From the NCBI RefSeq assembly GCF_009914755.1, contig NC_060938.1: a DNA stretch of 64,000 nt; one strand, 5' to 3'. The translations under genes were made by a program, and so were the position numbers. Positions within the stretch are counted from its first letter, which is position 1; every line of letters begins with the position of its first letter. This DNA comes from the human T2T-CHM13v2.0 reference genome, Homo sapiens. Below, one piece after another: positions 15,102 to 34,109 of this stretch. The notes under the pieces are model-generated. The model saw only the letters and a list, made by a program, of their open reading frames with translations. It did not search any database and was not told where the DNA came from.

Positions 15102-15700
15102 TGGGTGTTGGGGATACAGGCTGTCATGCAACCCAGGAAGCAGTGGACAGCAGCTGCTCATCCCGCTGGATCCTGAGAGTCTCTGGCCACCTACCTCATC
15201 TTGTCTCTCACTTCACTTTTTGAGCAATTTGCATGAGGAGGACAACTAACCTCAAGGGGACTGTGAGGGCTCAGGTTGGGGCTACTCTCCAGTGAGCCCT
15301 CAAAATCCTCAGGTCTCAGGAATCCACCTCTGACCACCCATAACAGGTATTTCGCTTTCTCCTCTCCTCTTTCCTCATACTTCCTTCACTCTCTTCCTTG
15401 TACAGCTCCAGTCCAAGAGGCCCTTTGCTGATTCCAACCGCAACATCCAACATCGGCCACTAATTCAGCCAGCTGGTAAGATCTGCCCTCACCTGCTGTT
15501 CTTACAGTACCTGGGGAAAGTGAGGTCTGCTGTCCCAGTCCTTGGAGGACCAGTGGGACTAAGCTGGAAGAAATCTTGGGTATGTCCAGTTTCTTCTCAG
15601 CTTGACGTCCTCTTGAGAAAGAGGATTCCAGGTTTCTGTCTTTTGTCTGGGGACAACTGGAACAAAAACAGACACCCTCGGCTTCTTCTTGCCAGTCTAC

Positions 15701-16465
15701 ATGGGTGCCAAACAATCCCACATTCCTCATCCTCTCCACTGGGCTGTCTCCTTCACAACCTCGCCAAACTTGACATATGCATTTAGTTTTTTATTGCAAC
15801 ATGGCCTGGACCCAATACAAATTAAATAATGACAGCTGATGGCCCAAAAATGGCACCTTTAACTTTCAAATTCTCAGGGACCTTGACAACTTTATAACCA
15901 GGAACAGTAAATGGCAAGAGGTTCTCTATATTCAGGCTTTCTTCTACCTTATATCCCAACCCTCCCTGTGTCAAGCTTGTACCCCTCATGAAATCCTTTT
16001 TCTTAATGAAAACCCTCCCTGGGTCTCTCCTTCCTCCAAAACTTCTTCCTTCAAAACTCCTTCCTCCGAAATCCCTTTTGACCCTGCAGATGAATCCCCT
16101 CCGTATTCTCATCCCCCTGCATCATGATGCTCCTCATCTGTCTGAACTCTCTGCCCCGGTGTCCCGCCCTGCCCCCAAGCCCTCAGCCCCAAATCCCACT
16201 CCTCCTCCTTCTCCACCTGCTACCCATTCAAAAACCATCTCTGCTATTCTCTGTTTCTGAGAAGTGGCTAGGTTTGAAGGCACTGCTCGCATTCATATGC
16301 CTTTTTCCATGTCTGATTTGTCACAGATCAAACAGCATCTGGGATCTTTCCCGGAAAATCCCCCTCATTATCTCAGGGAATTCCTGGCACATAACCTAAT
16401 CCTTTAATTTAACTTGGCATGATATTTATATAATTCTAACTTCCACCCTCACCCCGATGAAAAAG
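15701..16465 (+). pseudogene. Gammaretrovirus-type gag remnant (MA, Pro-rich segment, start of CA)
   Basis: MGAKQS start; VFYCNMAWTQYKL...*WPKNGTFNFQILRDLDNF...KWQEVLYIQAFF; later IHMPFSMSDLSQIKQHLGSFPENP; stops and frameshifts. Confidence 0.8.
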
Positions 16466-16813
16466 AGTGCTCAGCTTAATTAAAATGAATATCCAAGCTG
16501 AGTATATTCAAAAGGCCTTTATGTTTTTCTCTTCATAAATCTTGTTTTCCTGGAAAAGGTTTTTTCCCAGTTAACTGAATTACTTTTGTCCACTTTGTCT
16601 TCCCATTCTTGGTGCATGTATGAAGAACACTAAAATGACTTCTGGTGTCCTGGGACTCATTGGGAAAACAGAAAAGGCACCAAAAATCCTGTTTCAGGAA
16701 AAATCTGTTTTCCTCACAGAACCCCTGGAATTAGAGGTGGATAAGTACTTCTCAAAATCATCTTTGTCTTCCAGCTATACTTGTTTATTAGGCCCTGGAA
16801 ACTGTTTTCCTAG

Positions 16814-18199
<1,386 letters not shown>

Positions 18200-18739
18200 C
18201 CTAGCCCTGTTCTTAAAGGGCCTCACCCGAAGGCCAATAATCCAATTGGGTAATTAGCCAAAAAAAAAAATTATAACTATTGGATCTTCTTCTGGTTGTC
18301 TGTGTGTGGCTATATATGTGTTATGTGTGCAATGTCTATTTTTAAAAAGCTCTAATTAATTGGCCTAAGAAAAATAAGTGCTTAAATCAAATATTTTTAA
18401 GGGAAAAGTAAAAGCCATGGAAACTTTCAGTTCACATGACTTTAACCTTTAAAACTTAGTGGCACAGTAAGATTAGAAATGTCTTAAGAGTTGCCACCAT
18501 ATATTTTTATTTGCATTTATCGATCAAGCAATTTTATACTTATCTCTGCCAAATACTATAAGGTATCAACATTTGTCATAGAGGCTACAAGACTATAACT
18601 CAGCCCAAACAGAATAATCTTTGCTTGTGTAATTTTTTTAACAAATGAAACATTAATATTGGTTTAATAAAGATAGCTACATCTTGAACTATTTAGTGAA
18701 ATGCCCTAACTTCTAATCTTGTGGCCTTAGGCAGTCTAG

Positions 18740-19111
<372 letters not shown>

Positions 19112-20574
19112 AAAAAATAATCTTATATGGTAAATTCTTGTCCTAAAGTAAATTAACTGGTTAAGGAAAGGAATGTTTACAACAAGTCAGAAATTCGAGG
19201 CATGTGAGAGATTGTCTGAAGGTCACGAAAAATTTTATAAAAGGCAATTTATGCAAGAAATGTACAATTTAAAAGTGATTAGGCCTCCTCAATGCTTTAT
19301 AAAATGCCACTAATAAGCTTAGCTGTACAATTTGCATGGTTTGCAGCTAGGTAAGACCTAGGACACATTTTTACCTAGATTAAAAGGTTAAAGAATTGTT
19401 TTAAGTTGAATAAAATAAAAATGAAGGGTTAAGCGAGTTTTGAAAAGTTAATTGTAAAGGAAATTCTGTAAATTGAGCATTAAAAGCACAATGGGTTTTT
19501 TTAAAACACTAACCTGCTCTTTTACAAAAATTATACAGGGTTAAAAAAAGGTCTATAAAAATCTTACCTTACGGTCAAACATTAAAATGAGGTACATGTG
19601 TCTAAAAGGTTTTATTAAAAATTGAGTTTAACATTAATAGCACACTAATATAAAGGTAAAACTTGGCTTATTTGGTATAAAAGCATACAGGAAGCACTGT
19701 CAGATATAAAATAGTGTTTGGTTTTCTTTGGACTATATTTGTATAAATATGTTATTGGTATGTGTTCCAAAGTTATGGGAGACTCTTATAATTCTGATAT
19801 CTTACTGTACATTATCAGTAATAATTACACTATACATTATCAGTACAGTAATAATTATAATTGTTATGTTCAAATTATTGTGTGCCACAAAGGTAATTGT
19901 GTCTTTAACTTTGGCTACCCTAAAACTTTTTGTCATCCATAAACAATTCTTGTCTGGTTTATATAAGTGGTTTTATAACTGCTGTGAAGCTCTAACAGGT
20001 GCCCTTGAATGAAGGATTTTGATAAAAAGTAGGACAGGAATTAACTGCATGAACTGAACTAATAGGGAGACTAGAGTGATCTTTTTGATGTTTTGTTTAA
20101 AATATTGCTAATCCTTTGTTTTGCTTTTCAAAGTCAAATAAACTTTCCTTTTGAGCTACTGACAGCTTTTAAAAATTTAGTATACTCCCATGAACAAAAT
20201 TTGGAGCATACTTGTTTCTCTCTACCTGATTTTCTCCAGAATTTGGAAACTATCTGTGAGTATTCTTAAGTTATGGCAATATAGTTACATATATAAGTTC
20301 AATACGAATCTGTTTTCTTTTACAAGAGGACACAATTGGAAAAACTGGTTATTTTTACCAAGGCTTTGAATGGAATGGTGTGCTTTCCTTTAAGGAATCA
20401 AACTTGACTTATGAAGCTAATAAACCCCTTTGGAAACTGGCCTCATATTTTGTGTACACAGTCCCTGTACAGGGTTTCTGACCTGTGATAAGTAAAGAAT
20501 GTCACTTTCTGACAGGCCAGGAACCCCAAGTTATCTTGGAACCTCAAGAGGAGATGAATTCACCCAACTCATAG

Positions 20575-21096
<522 letters not shown>

Positions 21097-21542
21097 TTAT
21101 GTTTCAAAAACTATTGCACACCTGTTGCTAAATTCTAGTGTTGCCTAATGTTCTTCAATTTTTATTATTTTCTACTGTTTAAATTACATTCCAATACCCC
21201 CTACCTCACCAAATACTTCTTGTCATTCCTACCTCTCTTTTTAAGCCAAATATTAAAACTTTTTAATGGAAATTATTTACTATGCTACCCTTGGGGGAAT
21301 GCTTTACCGACTCTACTATTTGCAGTAGGACTATATACTGTAGCACCCTTAGGGTGGAATAGCAGACAGAATCTCAATTACTGTAGCATTTTGCTTAATT
21401 ATTATCCTCATAGCAGGAATAACAATTACTAATAGAAAATAACACATGGGCCTTTCCAAACATGCATCTCTGCCTTTTATTGGGTGAGAAATGTTGTTTC
21501 TATCTCAACCAGTTGGGTCTAGTATGAAACACTGCTATATAA

Positions 21543-21788
21543 TTTAAAGAAGGGGCTAAAAAGCTAAAGGAATACCAAAACAACCAAATAGATTATTGGT
21601 TTGGGAACAAAATAATAGCATGGGTCATCCCATTCTTGGGCCCTTTCCTAATAATATGCCTAGGACTAATGTTCTTACCCTGCCTACTAAACCTTTTTCA
21701 AAGATTTTTAACTGACAGGATCATGGCCATTTCACAGACAACTACTCAAAAACATCTAGAGATGGCATTACTCCTACAGTCACTCTGA
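21543..21788 (+). pseudogene. env TM-subunit remnant (membrane anchor and cytoplasmic tail)
   Basis: Translates as ...IDYWFGNKIIAWVIPFLGPFLIICLGLMFLPCLLNLFQRFLTDRIMAISQ..., typical of a gamma-type TM, just upstream of the 3' LTR. Confidence 0.8.
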
Positions 21789-24258
21789 GACCAGAAAACT
21801 CTCCAACCCCTTGTCCACAGGAAGTAGCCAGAAAGAACACGCCATCCCTCGTCCTTTTTATAACTATACGGTCTAGATTGACAGAGCAGGAGCATCACCA
21901 TCTTGGACAAGCACTGCCATTTTAAGGTTCATCTTGATCAAAAACTGCCTAAATCCAAAGTGCATCAGCCTAATGGCTAAGGTCAGCATGACCATAAACC
22001 ACAAGTGACATCTCCAACCAGAAACATTCCAACCATAAGATAAACCCCTCTCCAACCAGAGACACGCCAGCCCCGAGATAACCTCCCCTCCAGCTGGAGA
22101 GATGTCAGCCCCAAGATAACCTCCCCTCCGACCAGAGACATTTCAACCCCGCCATAAACTTCTCCCCCACACAGAAACATTCCAAGCCTGTGATAAGCTC
22201 TCTTATCCTAAAACCAATAGAAACTCTTAGTCTGTAAGAGAGAGCACTCCTGACCAAAATAGGCCAGAAGCCCCTCTCAGGTTTATTCTCCAAAATAAAC
22301 CTGTCTTTGACTGTTGAGCCGCTTTTCATGTTTCTTTCCTTTTTAACTCTTACAGGTAGAAAATAATTACATGCCTCAAAATTAAAGAACATCCTTCTAA
22401 ATGACCATGGTCCAAATATATTCAAAATGCATAATAGAAAATTTATAACTAGTAAGGAAAATACTACATATTAAACTTGTAGGATGCAGCTAAAGCAGTG
22501 CTTACATGGAAATTTCTGGCTTTCATGGTATATATGAGAAAGGAGAAAGACCGAAAATATTTTATATAAAAAGTGATTTTTAAAAATAACAGAGAAAATA
22601 CCTAATTAAACCTTTAACAGAATAAAATAAAAACTAAGAATGAAAGTACAAAATAATTCATTACACAGTAGGGTTAACAATAATGTAAATTTCAAAATAG
22701 CTAGAAATATTGAATTTTCTCATCATAAAGAAATGATAAATGTCTAAGGTAACAGATATGCTAATTACACCAGTTTCATTATTACACATTATAAACATAT
22801 ATCAAACATCACACTATATCCCATAAATATGTATAGTCATTACATGTCAATTAAAAATAAATTTTCAACATTAATAGATGTTTAAATTTTTAAAAAATAT
22901 TTAAAAATCAAAGACAAAAGCTGGTTCTTGAAAGTAATAATAAAATTTATGAATATCTAGCAATATTGATCAATATTAATAGGGAAAACAAAAATTGTAA
23001 GTATTAGTTCCTATACATATTTTCAAAACAATGAGAATGTACTAAGGAACAACTTTATGGCAATAAATTTGAAAATTTAAGCAACATGAGAAAACACCTT
23101 TAAAAATACAATGAAAAGATTTTTGGGTGGAGCAAGATGGCTGAATAGAAAGCTCCACTGATCATCCCCACTGAAGAAACACCAAGTTTGACAACTATTT
23201 ACACAAAGGCAGCACCTTCATAGGAACCAAAAATCAGGTGAGCATTCACAGTGCCCCGTTTTGACTTCTTATTGCTGAAGAGGGTAGGAAAGACAATCTT
23301 GAATTGCTGACATGACCCTTCCCCCATCCCACCTGGCACAGAGAATCTGCGCACTTGGGAGAGGGATGGTGCAGAGATTGTGAGGTTTTGCATTGAACTC
23401 AGTGCTTCCCTGTCATGGCAGAAAGCAGAACTGGGCTGTGCTCACCTGACACCTGCCCAAAGAGGGAGCATCAACAATCTGCTGCCTACAAGAAATGTAC
23501 TTCACCTATAAAGACACACAGAGACTAAAAATAAAGGGATGGGAAAAGATATGCAATGCCAATGGAAACCAAAAAAGAGCAAGAGTCACTATACATATAT
23601 CAGACAAAATAGATTTCAAGAAAAAAAGAAGAGACAAAGAAGGTCATTACATAATGATAAAGGGGTCAATTCATCAAGAGGATATGACAATTGTAAATAT
23701 ATATGCACCTAACACTGGAGCATCCAGATATATAAAGCAAATATTATTAGAGCTAAAGCAAGAGATAGACTCCAATACAGTAATAGCTGGAGACCTCAAC
23801 ATGCCACTTTCAGCATTGGACAGATCTCCCAGGCAGAAAATAAAAAAGAAATATCAGACTTAACCTGCAGTATGGATCAAATGGACCCAAAAGACATTTA
23901 CAGAACATTTCATCTAATGGCTACAGAATATACCTTCTTTGCCTCAGCATATGGATCATTTTCAAGGACAAGACCACAAAACAAGTCTGAAAACATTCAA
24001 AAAACTGAAGTAACATCAAATATCTCCTCTGACAACAATGAAATACAACTAGAAATCAATAATAAATGGAATTTTGGAAACTGTACAAACATGTGGAAAT
24101 TCGACAATAAGCTCCTGAATGGCCACTGTGATCAATGAAGAAATTAAGAAGAAAATTGAAAAATTTCTTGAAACAAATGGTAATGGAAACACAACATACA
24201 AAAACCTATGAGACACAGCAAAAGCCATACTAAGAGAGAAGTTTACAGATATAAGCAC

Positions 24259-24708
24259 TGTGAACCCCCAAAATTTGAGACAGGTCTCAGTTAATTTAGA
24301 AAGTTTATTTTGCCAAGTTTGAGGATGTGCACCCATGACACAGTGTCATGAAGTCCTGATGACATGTGCCCAAGGTGGTCGAGGCACAGCTTGGTTTTAT
24401 ACATTTTAGGGAGACATGAGACATCAATCAATGTATGTAAGAAGTAGATTGATTCCATCCAGAAAGGTGGGGACAACTCAAAGCAAAGAGGGGACTTCCA
24501 GGTCACAGATAGGTGAGAGACAAATGTTTGCATTCTTTTGAGTTTCTGACAACCCTTTCTAAAGGAGACAATCAGAATATGCATCTATCTAGTGAGCAGA
24601 GGGATGACTTTGAATAGAATGGAAGGCATGTTTGCCCTGAGCAGTTCTGGGTTTGAATTTTCCCTTTAGCTTAGTGATTTTGGGGGTCCAAGATACTTTC
24701 CTTTCACA
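24259..24708 (-). mobile_element. MER4A-like solo LTR (ERV1), TSD GCAC
   Basis: Reverse complement begins tgtgaaaggaaa...aaaatcactaagctaaaggg; 4-bp TSD. Confidence 0.82.
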
Positions 24709-25546
24709 GCACCTACATCAACAAAAAGGAAAATCTTCAAATAAACAACCTAACAATGCATCTTAAAGAACTAGAAAAGCAACAGCAAACCAAACCCCAA
24801 ATTAGTAAAAGAAAAAATAACAAAGATCAGAGCAAAGATAAATGAAATTGAAATGAAGAAAATACAAAAGATCAACATTTAAAGAAATTGAAATGAAGAA
24901 AATACAAAAAACAACAACAACAACAACAAAAAGCTGGTTTTTTGAATAGTTAAGCAAAATTGACAAACCTTCAGCAAGACTAAGGAAAAAAGACAGAAGA
25001 CCCAAATCAATAAAACCAGAGATGAAAAAGGAGACATCACAACTGATGTCACAGAAATTCAAAGGATCATTAGTGGCTACTATGAGCAACTATATGCCAA
25101 TAAATTGGAAAATCTAGAAGAAATGTTTAAATTCCTAGACACACACAACCTACAAGATTGAACTATGAAGATATCCAAAGCCTGAACAGACCAATAAAAA
25201 ATAACGAGATTTAAGCCATAATGAAAAGTCTCTCAGCAAAGAAAAATCCGGGATGTGATGGCTTCATTGCTGAATTCTACTCAAGCTTTAAAGAGCTAAT
25301 ACCGAGTAGCAGAGGAGGGAGCCAAGATGGCCGAATAGGAACAGCTCCGGTCTACAGCTCCCAGCGTGAGCGACGCAGAAGACGGGTGATTTCTGCATTT
25401 CCATCTGAGGTACCGGGTTCATCTCACTAGGGAGTGCCAGACAGTGGGCGCAGGCCAGTGTGTGTGCGCACCGTGCGCGAGCCGAAGCAGGGCGAGGCAT
25501 TGCCTCACCTGGGAAGCGCAAGGGGTCAGGGAGTTCCCTTTCCGAG

Positions 25547-25762
25547 TCAAAGAAAGGGGTGACGGACGCACCTGGAAAATCGGGTCACTCCCACCCGAAT
25601 ATTGCGCTTTTCAGACCGGCTTAAGAAACGGCGCACCACGAGACTATATCCCACACCTGGCTCAGAGGGTCCTACGCCCACGGAATCTCGCTGATTGCTA
25701 GCACAGCAGTCTGAGATCAAACTGCAAGGCGGCAACGAGGCTGGGGGAGGGGCGCCCACCAT
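25547..25762 (-). CDS. L1 ORF0 (71 aa, antisense promoter product)
   Basis: MVGAPPPASLPPCSLISDCCASNQRDSVGVGPSEPG...RCVRHPFL matches ORF0 as recalled, with A2V; Kozak GCAATGG; donors after 25657 and 25572. Confidence 0.85.
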   Translation of the reverse strand: MVGAPPPASLPPCSLISDCCASNQRDSVGVGPSEPGVGYSLVVRRFLSRSEKRNIRVGVTRFSRCVRHPFL

Positions 25763-26217
25763 TGCCCAGGCTTGCTTAGGTAAACAAAGCAGCCGGGAAG
25801 CTCGAACTGGGTGGAGCCCACCACAGCTCAAGGAGGCCTGCCTGCCTCTGTAGGCTCCACCTCTGGGGGCAGGGCACAGACAAACAAAAAGACAGCAGTA
25901 ACCTCTGCAGACTTAAGTGTCCCTGTCTGACAGCTTTGAAGAGAGCAGTGGTTCTCCCAGCACGCAGCTGGAGATCTGAGAACGGGCAGACTGCCTCCTC
26001 AAGTGGGTCCCTGACCCCTGACCCCCGAGCAGCCTAACTGGGAGGCACCCCCCAGCAGGGGCACACTGACACCTCACACGGCAGGGTATTCCAACAGACC
26101 TGCAGCTGAGGGTCCTGTCTGTTAGAAGGAAAACTAACAACCAGAAAGGACATCTACACCAAAAACCCATCTGTACATCACCATCATCAAAGACCAAAAG
26201 TAGATAAAACCACAAAG

Positions 26218-27234
26218 ATGGGGAAAAAACAGAACAGAAAAACTGGAAACTCTAAAACGCAGAGCGCCTCTCCTCCTCCAAAGGAACGCAGTTCCTCACC
26301 AGCAATGGAACAAAGCTGGATGGAGAATGATTTTGACGAGCTGAGAGAAGAAGGCTTCAGACGATCAAATTACTCTGAGCTACGGGAGGACATTCAAACC
26401 AAAGGCAAAGAAGTTGAAAACTTTGAAAAAAATTTAGAAGAATGTATAACTAGAATAACCAATACAGAGAAGTGCTTAAAGGAGCTGATGGAGCTGAAAA
26501 CCAAGGCTCGAGAACTACGTGAAGAATGCAGAAGCCTCAGGAGCCGATGCGATCAACTGGAAGAAAGGGTATCAGCAATGGAAGATGAAATGAATGAAAT
26601 GAAGCGAGAAGGGAAGTTTAGAGAAAAAAGAATAAAAAGAAATGAGCAAAGCCTCCAAGAAATATGGGACTATGTGAAAAGACCAAATCCACGTCTGATT
26701 GGTGTACCTGAAAGTGATGGGGAGAATGGAACCAAGTTGGAAAACACTCTGCAGGATATTATCCAGGAGAACTTCCCCAATCTAGCAAGGCAGGCCAACG
26801 TTCAGATTCAGGAAATACAGAGAACGCCACAAAGATACTCCTTGAGAAGAGCAACTCCAAGACACATAATTGTCAGATTCACCAAAGTTGAAATGAAGGA
26901 AAAAATGTTAAGGGCAGCCAGAGAGAAAGGTCGGGTTACCCTCAAAGGAAAGCCCATGAGACTAACAGCGGATCTCTCGGCAGAAACCCTACAAGCCAGA
27001 AGAGAGTGGGGGCCAATATTCAACATTCTTAAAGAAAAGAATTTTCAACCCAGAATTTCATATCCAGCCAAACTAAGCTTCATAAGTGAAGGAGAAATAA
27101 AATACTTTATAGACAAGCAAATGCTGAGAGATTTTGTCACCACCAGGCCTGCCCTAAAAGAGCTCCTGAAGGAAGCGCTAAACATGGAAAGGAATAACCG
27201 GTACCAGCCGCTGCAAAATCATGCCAAAATGTAA
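26218..27234 (+). CDS. L1 ORF1p, 338 aa RNA-binding chaperone
   Basis: Full-length ORF: coiled coil, RRM, CTD; REKG, ARR and YPAKLS motifs intact. Confidence 0.97.
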   Translation: MGKKQNRKTGNSKTQSASPPPKERSSSPAMEQSWMENDFDELREEGFRRSNYSELREDIQTKGKEVENFEKNLEECITRITNTEKCLKELMELKTKARELREECRSLRSRCDQLEERVSAMEDEMNEMKREGKFREKRIKRNEQSLQEIWDYVKRPNPRLIGVPESDGENGTKLENTLQDIIQENFPNLARQANVQIQEIQRTPQRYSLRRATPRHIIVRFTKVEMKEKMLRAAREKGRVTLKGKPMRLTADLSAETLQARREWGPIFNILKEKNFQPRISYPAKLSFISEGEIKYFIDKQMLRDFVTTRPALKELLKEALNMERNNRYQPLQNHAKM

Positions 27235-27273
27235 AGACCATCGAGACTAGGAAGAAACTGCATCAACTAATGA

Positions 27274-31125
<3,852 letters not shown>

Positions 31126-31885
31126 ACAATGAGATCACATGGACACAGGAAGGGGAATATCACACTCTGGGGACTGTGGTGGGGTCGGGGGAGGGGGGAG
31201 GGATAGCATTGGGAGATATACCTAATGCTAGATGACACATTAGTGGGTGCAGCGCACCAGCATGGCACATGTATACATATGTAACTAACCTGCACAATGT
31301 GCACATGTACCCTAAAACTTAGAGTATAATAAAAAAAAAAAAAAAAAAAAAAACTAGTAGCAGAATTGAAAAAAAAAAAAAAGAGCTAATACCAATCCTG
31401 CTCAAATAGTTCCAAAAAGTAGAGAAAGGGATACTTCTAAACTCATTCTACAAGGCCAGTATTACCCAGATACCAAAACCAAAGACACATCAAGAAAAAG
31501 AGAACCACAGGCCAATAACGCTAATCAATATTAATGCAAAAATCCTAAAAAAAAAAAAAAAAAAAAAAACTAGCAAACCAAATTCAAAAGCATATTAAAA
31601 AGATCATTCATCATGACCAAGCAGGATTTATCACTGGGATGTAAGGATGGTTCAACATATGCAAATCAATCAGCGTGGTACATCATATCAACAGAATGAA
31701 GGGCAAAAACCATGTGATCATTTCAACTGATGCTGAAAAGGCATTTCATGAAATTCAACATCCCTTCATGATAAAAAAAAAAAACTGGTATAAAAGGAAC
31801 ATACCTCAACATAAAAAAAGCCACCATATATGACAGACCCACAGCTAGCATCATGAATGGGGAAAAACTGAAAGCCTTTCCTTGA

Positions 31886-32014
<129 letters not shown>

Positions 32015-32810
32015 TGATTATTGTTGACTGATGATATTACCTTATATTCGGAAAACCTAAAGACTCCACCAAAAAACTATTAGAACTGATAAATTTAGTA
32101 AAATTGCAGGGTACAAAAATTGGTAGCATTTCTATATGATAACAGTGAACAATCTGAAAATGAAATAAAAAAGTAATCCCATTTACAATAGCCACAAATA
32201 AAATAAAATACCTTATAGAATGGCTGCTATCAGGAAAATATAAGATAACAAATGTTGGTGTGGATGTGGAGAAATGGAGCCCTTGTACGCTGTTGGTGGG
32301 AATGTAAATTGGCATGGCCATTATGGAAAAAAGTATGGAGATTCCTTAAAAAATTAAAAATAGAACTACCTACTAACTAGAACAATTAACAACTCCACTT
32401 ATAAATATATATCCAAAGGAACTGAAATCAGGATCTCAAAGAGATAACTGCACTCTCATGTTCACTGCAGCATTATTCACATAGCTAAGATATGGAAACA
32501 ATCTAAATGTCTGTCGACAGATGAATGGATAAAGAAATTGTGATAGACACACACACACACAGACACACACACACACGGGAATATTATTCAGCCTTAACAA
32601 AGAAGAATATCCTGCCATTTACAACAACACAGATAAACCTGGAGGACATCATGCTAAATGAAATAAGCCAGATGCAGAAAAACAAATACTGCTTGATCTC
32701 TTATAAGTGGAATCTAAAATAGACTCACAGAAGCAGAGAATAGAATAGTGGTTGCTAGGAGCTAGGGGTAGGAGGAAATGGGAAGACATTGGTCAAGGAG
32801 TACAAAGTTT

Positions 32811-33164
32811 TGTTAAGAGTTGAGGGTGTCCAGGTTCTTGGCATCTTGAAAAAATTGGACAAAACGTACAAACAGAGCAAGGAAGGAACGAAGGGATTTA
32901 TTGAAAATGAAAGTACACTTCACAGTGTGGGAGAGGGCCCGAGCATGGGGGCTCAAAGGCGTCGTGACAGAATTTTTAGGAGTTTAAATACCCGCTAGAA
33001 TATTCCATTGGTTGCTTCGGGTATGCCCTATGTAAATGGAGAGGATGAAGTGAAGTTACGAAGTCATTTACGGTGTACGCCCGATGGAGAGAATATTTCC
33101 AGTTATAGCTGAAGTGTGAATCGCCCTTATGTTCCTGGCCTTCGGACCCTATTTACCTGCCTCA
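32811..33164 (-). mobile_element. ERV1 solo LTR (MER61/MER51 group), TSD GTTT
   Basis: Reverse complement tgaggcagg...aaatagggtc...taaca; AATAAA on the minus strand; 4-bp TSD. Confidence 0.8.
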
Positions 33165-34109
33165 GTTTCAGTAACGAAAGTGAATAAGTTCTGGAAATGC
33201 AATGTACAACAAACAATATGACTATCGTTAACAGTATTGTATTTTATACTTGAAATTTACTAAGCAGGTAGATCTGATGTGTTCGCACCACAAAAAAAAG
33301 AAAAGAAATGAAATGATAACTGTGTGAGATGTAGATATATTAATTAGCTTGACTGTGGTGATTACTTCATAAGGCAAGTGTATATCAAATCATCAAGTTG
33401 TATACCTTAAATATATACAATTTTAACTGTCAATTTTTTAAAAAAAGGTGAAAAATCACACTGTTTAGAGAATTTTCTATAACATGCACACTATTTACTG
33501 CAGGAATTTGGTGAAAATATACGAACACCCTCTTAGTCTTTCTTGGGAAACTCTTGCATTAAATCCCTTTTACGGACAGCCAGCAGCTAGATTTAGCAAA
33601 CCTTTATCAGTTCTCTGTGGAAACAACTTATTGAAAATTTAGTTTTACCTTCTTTTTTTCACGACAGACATTAAGGCGTGAACCAGCCTTGGCTATAATT
33701 TTCCATAGCCTCTTACAGTGTGGCCAAGATTCCCTACGTTTCTCTCTTCTGAATTTACTTTAATTTCCATCACCTCAGTGCAACTTTTTCTGCTGTCTCT
33801 ACTCGTCCCTCTGCACCCTCTTACTTCTCCCTTTCAAACCACTTAGTTTCTGGTTCAATTCCCTCTTGTTTTCACCATCTACTTTCTCCGTTAAACCTCT
33901 CTCCTGCCAGCTTCCTCTCCCTAGAATCCCAGCCTTACCTGCAACAGTTCCTTTTAACGGACCAAGGACGAGAAACCACTCCCCGGATGCGGTGGCGGCC
34001 AACAAACCCACGAGGCAGGGCTCCCTCCTCCGAAGAGCATTTTCCGACTCTAGTCTCCAACGCCCACTTTCCTAGCAGTCACCAACCAAGTCTTTCCAGA
34101 AGGCAGCTG

